Source of the DNA: a virus
Lineage: Duplodnaviria; Caudoviricetes
Strand: one strand, 5' to 3'
Length of the DNA: 39,728 nucleotides
IMG/VR virus record: IMGVR_UViG_3300013132_000098
Location: 1-39,728 of that record
Part shown: positions 6,895 to 16,180 of the stretch, one piece after another
How positions within the stretch are numbered: the stretch's first letter is position 1
Layout of the letters: the number at the start of each line of letters is the position of its first letter
Position numbers and translations under genes: made by a program
Notes under the pieces: model-generated
The model's database searches: none
Seen by the model: the letters and a program-made list of their open reading frames with translations, nothing else
Told to the model about the DNA's origin: nothing

Positions 6895-7374
6895 ATGAAA
6901 ACATTCAGTCAATATCTAACTGAACTTTTTGACAAGCCGTTAGAGTTTGAAGAAATGCCTTGGATCGAAAGAAACGTAATTATGTATGTTTTTGAACTTG
7001 ATGAGAACAACTATTACAGGGTGTTCTTCAGAAAGTCGGGGCGAAAAAACCACTATGAAATCTCTTTTGACCATTTAGATAGAGACTCGGACATTTTTCT
7101 TCCGTATTTGACAAAGACAACAGTTTTATCTGGAAAAAATAGTGTTAAGGTATTTTCTACTATAGTTGCTATCGTAAAAGACTTCTTGAGAAAAAATAGA
7201 AATGTGACTGGATTTGCGTTTAGTGCCACTGATGATAGTTCTGGCAGAAAGGCCCTCTATAACAGGTTCACAAAGAATATGGCTTCAGAACTGAAATGGA
7301 ATCATAATATACACAGCGAAGACGAGATGTTTGGAACTATGTATCAGATTGAAAAGTACAAGACAAAGAAATGA
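6895..7374 (+). CDS. Putative internal virion protein, possibly GNAT-like
   Basis: N-terminus MKTFSQYLTE resembles the T4 capsid targeting sequence; similar to 20151-20603 (F.A....R..LY.R). Confidence 0.55.
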   Translation: MKTFSQYLTELFDKPLEFEEMPWIERNVIMYVFELDENNYYRVFFRKSGRKNHYEISFDHLDRDSDIFLPYLTKTTVLSGKNSVKVFSTIVAIVKDFLRKNRNVTGFAFSATDDSSGRKALYNRFTKNMASELKWNHNIHSEDEMFGTMYQIEKYKTKK

Positions 7375-8048
7375 AACTCAAGTCGTATTTAAAGAAGCAC
7401 AAGAATGAAGTTCGCACATTGAATGTTTTTGACATTGATGATACTTTAGGTAAGACAGATGCTAGAGTCATTGTAATGAAAGACGGCAAGCAAGTCAAAG
7501 TTTTAGATCCTGGTGAGTATAATACATACAAGCCAAAAGAAGGTGAAACATTTGACTTTGCACAGTTTCGTTCTGGTAAAGTCTTTCGTGATACATTCAA
7601 ACCAATAAGCAATGTTCTTGATAGAGCAAAAGATATTGTCATGAACCAATCTGAAAATTCACAATCTATCATTCTGACAGCCCGCTCGGACTTCAATGAC
7701 CATAAAGAGTTTCTGCAAGCGTTTCGTGACCATGGTTTTCCTATTGATCATGTACATGTTGAACACTCAGGCAATCTATCTAAACTCAAAGCAAGTTCAC
7801 CAGCGCATATCAATAAAGCAGTCGTTCTGAAGCGATATATGAAGTCTGGGCGCTTTGATCGCATTCGTATGTGGGATGATCATGAAGACAATCTCAGAAT
7901 GTTATTCAAGGTTGCTGCACAGTTTCCAAATATTGAAGTTATTGGATACCTAGTGAAAGACGGCAAAGTATCAAAGTACAGACCAATCACCGAAACCATA
8001 TTAAAAGTTACTAGAGACAGTATTAGAAATAGTAGATATAAACTATAA
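7371..8048 (+). CDS. HAD-family phosphatase (PNK / Swiss-army-knife RNA repair-like)
   Basis: FDIDDTL (DxD), ILTAR, K and MWDD motifs I-IV. Confidence 0.75.
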   Translation: MKLKSYLKKHKNEVRTLNVFDIDDTLGKTDARVIVMKDGKQVKVLDPGEYNTYKPKEGETFDFAQFRSGKVFRDTFKPISNVLDRAKDIVMNQSENSQSIILTARSDFNDHKEFLQAFRDHGFPIDHVHVEHSGNLSKLKASSPAHINKAVVLKRYMKSGRFDRIRMWDDHEDNLRMLFKVAAQFPNIEVIGYLVKDGKVSKYRPITETILKVTRDSIRNSRYKL

Positions 8049-8094
8049 AATCCACTAAATACCTCTATAAGTTAACATTCCTATAGAGGGAATA

Positions 8095-8664
8095 ATGAAT
8101 AAATATTACATATATGCCTATGTGTGCGAAAATGGCACTCCTTATTATATTGGTAAAGGTCAAGCCAGACGCGCATATTCACCACATCATACAGTAAAAC
8201 TTCCACCAAAAGAAAGAATAGTTATTATGGAAGCAGGTCTAACTGAAGTTGGAGCCTTGGCTCTTGAGCGTTTTTATATTCGTTGGTATGGTCGTAAAGA
8301 TTTAGAAACAGGCATATTACACAATCTAACTGATGGTGGTGAAGGCAGTGGCACACCATCTCCTCAAACTATAGAAAAACTAAGAGCAGCATCTATAGGT
8401 AATAAATATGGTGTTGGACCCCGCGGCAAGTATCGTCCAGGTAAAAAGTTATCAGATGAACACCGAAACAATATTAGACAGGCGCTAAAAGGTCGTAGTC
8501 ATTGGATAGATACTCCTGAGACCAGAAATAATAGAAGCAAGGCCAAAAAAGGTAAAACTTATGAAGAAATCTATGGTTCAGAAAAGGCAGCCCAACTAAA
8601 AGAAGCCCGCAGAATAAAACTGGCCGAAAGAAGGGCAGTAGGTGGTTTTGGGAGACTTCAATGA
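8095..8664 (+). CDS. GIY-YIG (Seg-like) homing endonuclease with NUMOD3-like tail
   Basis: YYIYAY...YYIGKG...R...E...NLTDGGEG; LSDEHRNNI repeat. Confidence 0.85.
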   Translation: MNKYYIYAYVCENGTPYYIGKGQARRAYSPHHTVKLPPKERIVIMEAGLTEVGALALERFYIRWYGRKDLETGILHNLTDGGEGSGTPSPQTIEKLRAASIGNKYGVGPRGKYRPGKKLSDEHRNNIRQALKGRSHWIDTPETRNNRSKAKKGKTYEEIYGSEKAAQLKEARRIKLAERRAVGGFGRLQ

Positions 8665-11600
8665 ATATAGTGGTTATTTATCCAGGACGCTATCAACCTT
8701 TTCACAAAGGTCACGGCCAAGTCTATAAATGGTTAAAACAAAAGTTTGGTGATGCAGTAATAGCTACCTCTGATAAGGTTGAAGCGCCAAAAAGCCCATT
8801 CAACTTCAAAGAAAAGAAAAAAATGATGATACTCGCTGGAGTGCCATCTAGTAAGATCAAGCAAGTCACAAATCCCTATATCGCTAGAGAAATACTTGAA
8901 GGCTATGATCCTAAGACAACGGTTCTAGTCTTTGCCGTGTCACAAAAAGACATGGAAGAAGATCCACGTTTCTCTTTCAAACCAACTAGGTCTGGTAAAC
9001 CAGGCTATCTCCAACCATATAAAGGTAACGAAAAGAAACTTAAGCCTTTTGGTGATGTTCAGTCGCCGAAGGGTTATGTTATTGTTACGCCTACATTCAC
9101 ATTTGATGTGCTTGGTAAACCAGCAACATCTGCATCAGAACTACGCAAACAGTTTGTATCACTAGACAACAAGAAACAAAAAGAGTTCATCAAAGACCTA
9201 TTTGGCAAGTATGATGCTTCTGTTCATAAACTTATGGACAAGAAAATAGGTGATATGATTGGTAAGCCAAAAACCGTCAAGCAACTAAGAGAAGAGATTA
9301 CAAGACAGCAACTAGCGCCCATGCTAGATTCTTTTGTATCATTTGCATCCGATAAACTTGGAATTGAATCTATACCTAAAGTAAGGTATAAGACTGATGA
9401 TGACGATTATAATTCATTTGCAGCATACAATCCATCGTCTAACGAACTTTCAATATGCACAGCAAACAGGCATCCAATGGATATATTTCGTTCCGTTGCA
9501 CATGAACTTGTACACCATAAACAAAATGAAGATGGTAAACTAGGTAAAGATATTGAAAAAGAAGGGGCTACAGGTTCTGACATAGAAAACGAAGCAAACT
9601 CAGAAGCTGGCAAGATCATGCGCTGGTTCGCTAAAGAGCAACCAAATATGTTTGCTAAAAGTTATGTTGTTGAAAATAACACAACAGCAATGGGTGGTAT
9701 TCGGGGTTTAGGCAATGTTACAGGTGAAGTTTCTCCTACAGGCGTTTCGCAATATGTCATTGATAATCAAAGTAACACAACAGACGGTTTATGGAATTTT
9801 ACAGATCCAAGTTGGTGGATGAATTCAGACGATAGAAAGAAATATCATATGAAAACAACAAAAAGTTTTAAAGCTCTTCGTGAACAGCTAACAGAAGGCA
9901 TCAATGATCCTGGTAAACTGAAAGCAGTTTTCTTAGCGGGTGGCCCTGGTTCTGGTAAAGATTTCGTGATGAACAAAGCACTTGCTGGTAATGGCCTAAG
10001 AGAAATCAATTCTGATACCGCTCTTGAATACTTGATGAAGAAACATGGTCTTGATATGGAAATGCCAGATGAGGAAAGAGTTGAGCGAGAGATTGTTCGT
10101 GGTCGTGCGAAGAACATCACATCAACCAAAGAAATCAACTCTCTTGTTGGGCGTATTGGTCTTCTAATCAATGGCACTGCATCTGATTATGAAGCGATGG
10201 AAGCGGTAAAGAGTGAACTAGAAGACCTTGGCTATGACACAATGATGGTCTTCGTCAATACATCAGATGAAGTATCCAGAGAACGTAATGTTGAGCGCGG
10301 CAAGGGCGGTGGGCGTAAAGTTCCTGACGGCACCGACAAGCAGGGCGTTCCAAATGATTCGCCAGACATTCGTTCTGAAAAGTGGAAACTAGCACAAGAG
10401 AATGTTAGCAAGTTTGAAAAGCTATTTGGTAAAGACAACTTCACTGTCATTGATAACACTGCTGATATTCGTAAAGTTGCGCCAGATGTAAAAGAACGTA
10501 TTGAAGCAGAGTTCAGTCGTGTGCGCCGCATGACTATGCAGTTTGTTCAATCTCCTGTAAAGAACAAGAGAGGGCAAGATTGGACTAAAAGACGCGCAAG
10601 ATATCAAGGTACAACTCAGTATACACCACCAAAAGCATACACCCGCGCACCTACGCCTACGCGCGTGGAGACACCAAAAGCAATTACAAAGCCATCTAGC
10701 ACATTGATGAATCAGGCCAGAAGACTTGGTTTGTCATATTATGGATTTGGACGTTTTGGGCGCAAAGTCAATGGCGTTAATAAGGTCATGTATCATAGCA
10801 AGGGTGACCAACTTGTTAGAGTTCAAATCAACGAGGACTTACGCGCATGGTTTGGCACAGGCAAAAAAGGTGGTGTAGGCGGCGGCGGTTGGGACAAATA
10901 CGACACTAAAGGTGAACGCATAGGTAAATGCGCTAGAGAACCTGGCGAAGGCAAACCTAAATGCTTGTCTAAAGAAAAGGCTGCTGCACTTCGCGCTGAG
11001 GGTGGCAAAAAAGCAATAGCATCTGTTGTTACAGCAAAGAAAAATTTAGATCCAGAAGCTGATAGAAAAGGTAAAGGTGAAAAACCTATATTCAGTAGAG
11101 CAGTTGCAAAGAAGTTGCAAAAGGAGCAATTTATGACATATCTAGAAGAGAAAAACAAACCAACAAATCCACAATTATGGTCAAAAGCAAAGTCGCTGGC
11201 TAGAAGCAAGTTTGATGTATATCCATCAGCATATGCCAATGGTTGGGCAGCAAAGTGGTACAAGTCAAAGGGTGGTGGTTGGAAGTCAGTGAATGAAGAA
11301 AAAGGCCCCTGTTGGGATGGATACAGACAAGATGGTATGAAGAAAAAAGGCAATAGAATGGTGCCAAATTGCGTACCGGTAAATGAAGGTCAAGAAAATG
11401 TAATCATGTCTAAAACAAGAGGCGGAAGTAATTCACCTAAGAAGAAGATAAAGAGAAAATTGGCTGAAAATATCAATACTAGATTTGAAACATTTATGGA
11501 AGAACATGGTGCTGGCGAATGGGGAACACCAGAACTAACAACAAAGTATATGTCTGAGACACCAGGTCAGAAAGAGGCCGTGTCTTATGAATTTGTTAAA

Positions 11601-12287
11601 GTAGCAAAAGAAAAAAAGAAGAGACTGACACAAGAGGATAATAATTTACCAAGATTTGGTCTTCCTATTGGCGGTGGACTTGGTGATGAAATAACTCAGT
11701 ATAGACCAATGACAGTAACTGGATTTACTGGAGGTTTTGGAAGCTTAGGTTCAATATCCGAATCTATTCAGTCATGGGTACTCAATCCACAAACTCAACA
11801 AAAGTTTGCAGAAAAGTATGGCGAAATATGGGAAGAAAAACTTATTGAAGCTGCAATAAGACTTGAAGAAGCCGGTTGTGGTTGTGATCATTCAGGTAAA
11901 AAGAGTATCAAGAAATTAAAAGAGGCATGGCCCTCTGCACCATACAAGTCAACATATGGTGACATGAGTCCTATAGCAAATCAGAATAAAGATGAGCTAG
12001 AAGAAGATACACCAGCATGGCAAAGAAGTGAAGGTAAAGATCCAAAAGGCGGGTTAAACCGTAAGGGTATTGCTTCATATCGTCGTGCTAATCCAGGTTC
12101 TAAGCTTTCTATGGCTGTAACAACACCACCATCAAAGCTTAAAAAAGGTAGTAAGAAAGCTAAAAGAAGACTTTCATTTTGTAGAAGAATGAAGGGTATG
12201 AAAAATAAGTTGACCTCAGCTAAAACAGCAAGAGATCCAAACTCAAGAATCAATAAGTCTCTTCGTAAATGGAATTGCGAAGAGTAG
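8661..12287 (+). CDS. Multidomain virion-associated polyprotein: HxGH nucleotidyltransferase, HExxH module, P-loop kinase and small basic modules
   Basis: [11 protein letters not shown]...SASELR; [10 protein letters not shown]; [12 protein letters not shown] (zeta toxin/PNK-like); C-terminal [15 protein letters not shown]...RKWNC module. Confidence 0.75.
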   Translation: MNIVVIYPGRYQPFHKGHGQVYKWLKQKFGDAVIATSDKVEAPKSPFNFKEKKKMMILAGVPSSKIKQVTNPYIAREILEGYDPKTTVLVFAVSQKDMEEDPRFSFKPTRSGKPGYLQPYKGNEKKLKPFGDVQSPKGYVIVTPTFTFDVLGKPATSASELRKQFVSLDNKKQKEFIKDLFGKYDASVHKLMDKKIGDMIGKPKTVKQLREEITRQQLAPMLDSFVSFASDKLGIESIPKVRYKTDDDDYNSFAAYNPSSNELSICTANRHPMDIFRSVAHELVHHKQNEDGKLGKDIEKEGATGSDIENEANSEAGKIMRWFAKEQPNMFAKSYVVENNTTAMGGIRGLGNVTGEVSPTGVSQYVIDNQSNTTDGLWNFTDPSWWMNSDDRKKYHMKTTKSFKALREQLTEGINDPGKLKAVFLAGGPGSGKDFVMNKALAGNGLREINSDTALEYLMKKHGLDMEMPDEERVEREIVRGRAKNITSTKEINSLVGRIGLLINGTASDYEAMEAVKSELEDLGYDTMMVFVNTSDEVSRERNVERGKGGGRKVPDGTDKQGVPNDSPDIRSEKWKLAQENVSKFEKLFGKDNFTVIDNTADIRKVAPDVKERIEAEFSRVRRMTMQFVQSPVKNKRGQDWTKRRARYQGTTQYTPPKAYTRAPTPTRVETPKAITKPSSTLMNQARRLGLSYYGFGRFGRKVNGVNKVMYHSKGDQLVRVQINEDLRAWFGTGKKGGVGGGGWDKYDTKGERIGKCAREPGEGKPKCLSKEKAAALRAEGGKKAIASVVTAKKNLDPEADRKGKGEKPIFSRAVAKKLQKEQFMTYLEEKNKPTNPQLWSKAKSLARSKFDVYPSAYANGWAAKWYKSKGGGWKSVNEEKGPCWDGYRQDGMKKKGNRMVPNCVPVNEGQENVIMSKTRGGSNSPKKKIKRKLAENINTRFETFMEEHGAGEWGTPELTTKYMSETPGQKEAVSYEFVKVAKEKKKRLTQEDNNLPRFGLPIGGGLGDEITQYRPMTVTGFTGGFGSLGSISESIQSWVLNPQTQQKFAEKYGEIWEEKLIEAAIRLEEAGCGCDHSGKKSIKKLKEAWPSAPYKSTYGDMSPIANQNKDELEEDTPAWQRSEGKDPKGGLNRKGIASYRRANPGSKLSMAVTTPPSKLKKGSKKAKRRLSFCRRMKGMKNKLTSAKTARDPNSRINKSLRKWNCEE

Positions 12288-12330
12288 AAAATAGATAAAT
12301 ACAAGTAAATATCCATAGAGGACAACTAAA

Positions 12331-13905
12331 ATGCTTAACAAAAATGATCCATTAATTGGCGCAGTTCAAGAAGTGATGAGAAGAAATCACCTTGAGCGTG
12401 AAGTCGCAAAACTAGTTAACGAAGCCTTTGGCATTGAAGACCGTAAGGCTCTTCCACATGAGTATCAGGCTGAATGGGACTCTGTATATCAGCAGGTATT
12501 GGCTGAGGGTGCTGACCTTGCAGCACTTGCACCACCTCATCATAAGGTAACAAAAAAAGACGTTCTTGTAGGTCGCGGTGTTCTCAAAAATCATCCATCA
12601 AAGCCAGGCAAGCATGTTTTAGCTAAAGAAGAACATCTTGAAGAAAGAAAGTTAAACCCACATGCTGTTGGTATGGCTGCGGTTAAAAAGTCCACCGGTG
12701 ATGAACCACCAATGAAAAAAGAAAATATCATGAAGGCTCACAAGATAGCAAAGAAGATCATTGCTAAGATGAATGAGGGTTTTAATAACCGCCACGGTTT
12801 GAGCGTAAATGCTCCTGCTAAAACGCAGGCTGTGGCGGTTTTAAAAGAAGATACCAGTGAATATATGGATCAAGAATTTGAGAGAAGAGGTTTGCAACCT
12901 CCAGGCGGCGGAATGCCTGGAGGAGGCGCTCTCAAAAAAACAGGAGTTGGCGGCGGCCGCGTTCGCATTGATCCTGGTTTAAAGTATATTAATACTGCTA
13001 CTGGTAAAAAATTAAAGCAAACTGATATACCTAGAAAGAAAAGAATTGCTCCAAAAAGAAAACCTGTGCAGCAACAACAGCAACGACCAGCTAAACCACC
13101 TAGTGGCATATTCTTAGATAATCTTGCAAAAGGTAGAAAAGGTGTAGCAACAGATAGAAGACCAGCAGGAACATCAACTGTTCCTCAGATAAGACAAACA
13201 AGACCTGCAGCAGGAAGTAATCTTCCTCAAGGTCCTTGGGGTGGTATAAACAGAAGAGGCGGTGCATCGACTAGACCAACAGGTCTTGCTGCCGGTTCTG
13301 CGAGAAGACCAGCAGGGCAATCAGCACCTCCGATGCTTCAACAAGGAACTACGTTGCCTCCACCAAAAACACGAAGTAGTGTTATAAGAAGAGGTGGTGC
13401 CGCATTGGCAGCCGGCGCAACAGCACTGGCTGCTGTGACTAGATCAGTCGGCAATGAACCTCCTGTATCTACGGCTGCTAACAGCCGCAGCCTGGCTGCT
13501 AATTTGAATGCACTCAACGCTAAGGCTCCTGGCATGGGCGGACTAAATTATAGACCTCCTGTATCTACGGCTGGCAAAGATAACCCTGGTGTAGGTATAG
13601 GTCAAGGTCCTGGTGCGCCAGATAAAACTAATTTGAAACCTCAAGGTGTTACAGCCAGAAAGATTGAGACTCCTGTTAGAAAAGTAACTGACACTGAAAT
13701 TATGAATGCGCCTCAATATAAGCAAGCAGTTAAATCTGTTGGTGGCGAAGCAGGCGCTCGTAAAATACAAGCAGGAACAGACGTTTCAGGTGTAGGTAAA
13801 GTTGAAAAAGGGCAAACAATTTGGTCAAAGGTAAAATCACAACTTGAAAAGCAGCCTGTCAAAGGATTTGAAATGGGTGCTAACAAAGGTGGAGCTGGCA
13901 GATAA
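12331..13905 (+). CDS. Late, probably internal virion protein with low-complexity basic G/A/P-rich C-half
   Basis: GATAAATA promoter 12294-12301, GAGG RBS; several (L/M)xE junctions; PPVSTA duplicated. Confidence 0.6.
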   Translation: MLNKNDPLIGAVQEVMRRNHLEREVAKLVNEAFGIEDRKALPHEYQAEWDSVYQQVLAEGADLAALAPPHHKVTKKDVLVGRGVLKNHPSKPGKHVLAKEEHLEERKLNPHAVGMAAVKKSTGDEPPMKKENIMKAHKIAKKIIAKMNEGFNNRHGLSVNAPAKTQAVAVLKEDTSEYMDQEFERRGLQPPGGGMPGGGALKKTGVGGGRVRIDPGLKYINTATGKKLKQTDIPRKKRIAPKRKPVQQQQQRPAKPPSGIFLDNLAKGRKGVATDRRPAGTSTVPQIRQTRPAAGSNLPQGPWGGINRRGGASTRPTGLAAGSARRPAGQSAPPMLQQGTTLPPPKTRSSVIRRGGAALAAGATALAAVTRSVGNEPPVSTAANSRSLAANLNALNAKAPGMGGLNYRPPVSTAGKDNPGVGIGQGPGAPDKTNLKPQGVTARKIETPVRKVTDTEIMNAPQYKQAVKSVGGEAGARKIQAGTDVSGVGKVEKGQTIWSKVKSQLEKQPVKGFEMGANKGGAGR

Positions 13906-14336
13906 TGAATAACAAACAACTTGCGGAGATGATCAAACATCTTCGCAATGAAAAACTAAAAGAACAGAAAGAAATTAAAGCTCAATCAAAAGAATATTTG
14001 AAAAAGCAAAAGTTCAATCCTGTTCATTCTGGGCCAGAAGGCGATACACCTAATAGATATGCACATGGTATGGAAGAATCTATGAGTAGAACAGTATCAT
14101 CTGGTTTAGGAGGCAAACATAATCCAAGAAGAGCCGCATTTCCTTCAAATCTAGCTAATTTAAAAGTTAGAGCAGGATGGGGAAGAGAAAATCAAACTCA
14201 TGATACAAGAAGATACGGAGTCAGATTTAGACCTGTATCAGAAGAAGAAACTGAAAAGCTAGGTTCTACTAACACGAAAAAAAAGACTCAGAGTGTTACT
14301 ATTACACCAGAGTTTGAACCATTTGGTAAACAATAG
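13905..14336 (+). CDS. Hypothetical late protein
   Basis: TAATG-coupled ORF. Confidence 0.6.
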   Translation: MNNKQLAEMIKHLRNEKLKEQKEIKAQSKEYLKKQKFNPVHSGPEGDTPNRYAHGMEESMSRTVSSGLGGKHNPRRAAFPSNLANLKVRAGWGRENQTHDTRRYGVRFRPVSEEETEKLGSTNTKKKTQSVTITPEFEPFGKQ

Positions 14337-14376
14337 ATTTATTGATAAATAAAAGAAATTAAAAGGAGTAATAAAA

Positions 14377-14976
14377 ATGCCACTATGGGGTAGACTAGAT
14401 AATGCAACAGGCAATCAAAAGCCACGATTTGCTAATACATCAAATAGCACATCAAATTCTACAATCAATGGAACAGTAGCTAACACTAATGCTTATTACG
14501 GCAATATGTATGGCGTATCTGCTACAGAATCTGCTGCAAATCCAAACGAAGCAGTACATGCTGGTTGGGTTTCACAGAAAATTGGAACAGGCCCAGTTAT
14601 TTCTATTGGAATTACCTCAGGTGGTTCTGGTATCAATGCAGCCGGTTATCTATTAATTACTGATAGCAGTTATCTCAAGCAAGGTGCAGGATTTAATGCT
14701 TCATTCACTATTGCTAATTCTCAAAATACATTGCAGTCATTTTCTACAAATTCAGCATTGAACGTTATTAATTCTATCACCATCGTAAATGGTGGTTCAG
14801 GGTTCTCAAACGCATCTGCATTGAATGTTAGAACAAATGGTTCAAATACTACATGGCCAAATCTATCAATTACACTTGGTGGGCGCGCAGGTCGTATCAA
14901 CTATGAAACCATTGTAGCAATGGGAAGCATCACTGGTGATGATCCATTAGATAACGTATACTTCTCAGGCGTCTAA
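14377..14976 (+). CDS. Conserved virion structural protein (MPLWG...HAGWV family)
   Basis: MPLWG start, HAGWV and GRAGRINYETIVAM motifs seen in T4-like marine/soil phage structural proteins; GATAAATA promoter 14344-14351. Confidence 0.65.
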   Translation: MPLWGRLDNATGNQKPRFANTSNSTSNSTINGTVANTNAYYGNMYGVSATESAANPNEAVHAGWVSQKIGTGPVISIGITSGGSGINAAGYLLITDSSYLKQGAGFNASFTIANSQNTLQSFSTNSALNVINSITIVNGGSGFSNASALNVRTNGSNTTWPNLSITLGGRAGRINYETIVAMGSITGDDPLDNVYFSGV

Positions 14977-14999
14977 TTAAAAAATAAGGTGTTATAAAA

Positions 15000-15737
15000 A
15001 TGAAAACTTTTAGACAAAAAATAGCAGAAGAAATAATGCCACAATCTCTATCTGATAAAGAGTTTGTAGGTGTTGAAAGTGAAGCTGTTAGAGATAATAT
15101 CAATGGTTTGATTAAAGGCGTAACTTCTAAGGCTTTTATAACACCTTATATTGGGCTAGAAAGAGTAAGAAAAGTTTTAGCGTATTTCCACATATCTATT
15201 CCTGGATATAACTTCATGCAGGGCGACTATGGATATAATATTTTCAATATCAACCAATTTGGCACAAAATATGGCCAAACAAATGATGGGCAGATCATTG
15301 TCAAAGAAGATTCTCCATATTCAATTTACTTTGAATGGCAAATGAATGAAGATGGTCTATTCGATATCTTTTCAGAAATCGTAACAGATGATGAACTAGA
15401 AGAAATTCTAGCTGACTATGATAGTGAGTCTGAAGATAATGAAGAAAATGAAGAAGAGTATTCTTCAAATTCTCAACAAGATTATGAGCATAACAAAGAA
15501 GAACATGAAGGTTTGAAAGAAGAGATTCTTAGTGAAATTAAAAAGGTAGCTAAAAGAGCCGAAGATAAAGCGGCCAAAAAATATTATGACGCATATGATG
15601 CAGAAACTAAGGCTAGAGAAGACTTTCAAAAGAAAAAGACTCCTGAAGCTAGAGAAGCTACTGAAACTGCAAAAGATAAAAGATTAAAGGCAAAAGACCG
15701 TTTGATTAAGTTCCAGAAGTATAATCATAAAAAATAA
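15000..15737 (+). CDS. Hypothetical virion protein with capsid-targeting-like N-terminus and acidic tract
   Basis: MKTFRQKIAEE start; E/D-rich central region. Confidence 0.6.
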   Translation: MKTFRQKIAEEIMPQSLSDKEFVGVESEAVRDNINGLIKGVTSKAFITPYIGLERVRKVLAYFHISIPGYNFMQGDYGYNIFNINQFGTKYGQTNDGQIIVKEDSPYSIYFEWQMNEDGLFDIFSEIVTDDELEEILADYDSESEDNEENEEEYSSNSQQDYEHNKEEHEGLKEEILSEIKKVAKRAEDKAAKKYYDAYDAETKAREDFQKKKTPEAREATETAKDKRLKAKDRLIKFQKYNHKK

Positions 15738-16123
15738 TGTTTGATAATCTAAATGATGACAACTTTATGCTCTATGCGATGAAGGCCTATGAAAAACCAA
15801 ATGCAATAGTGTCTGAATTTGAAGAAGACTTGAAGCGTATAAAGTATGTAAAGAGATTAATAAAAAGGTATAAGGCTATTGGTGAACTAAAAGAGAGGTT
15901 AATACTCAACCACATTATTATACTCTCTAATGTTTTTGGTATAGAACCAACTGTTAGGATGTTATTCTATAAAATAGACTTTGTAGACTATTCAGTACTT
16001 AAAACATTTCTTCTGTTTCTAAACTTTATGCCTAGGCATATTAACGGAATAAAAGGACAATACTTAAATTCTTCAGATATAAGTGTAGACTTGGTGGTTG
16101 GAAAGAAACTAAAGGAACTATAA
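15737..16123 (+). CDS. Conserved T4-like hypothetical protein
   Basis: NFMLYAMKAY...EFEEDLKRIKY...ERLILNHII..NVFG motif common in T4-like phages. Confidence 0.7.
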   Translation: MFDNLNDDNFMLYAMKAYEKPNAIVSEFEEDLKRIKYVKRLIKRYKAIGELKERLILNHIIILSNVFGIEPTVRMLFYKIDFVDYSVLKTFLLFLNFMPRHINGIKGQYLNSSDISVDLVVGKKLKEL

Positions 16124-16151
16124 AGGTATTCATTTTATACGGCACATAGCC

Positions 16152-16180
16152 AATATAAAGGTCTGTCAAGGGTATGTCAA
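16152..16180 (-). promoter_or_regulatory. Sigma70-like promoter on the minus strand (antisense to late genes)
   Basis: TTGACA-17 nt-TATATT on the minus strand, with a second TTGACA inside the spacer. Confidence 0.55.

Noticed and set aside
13459-13573. 19-nt direct repeat CCTCCTGTATCTACGGCTG as a CRISPR-like or regulatory repeat
   Set aside because: Only two copies, in frame within a low-complexity CDS (PPVSTA)
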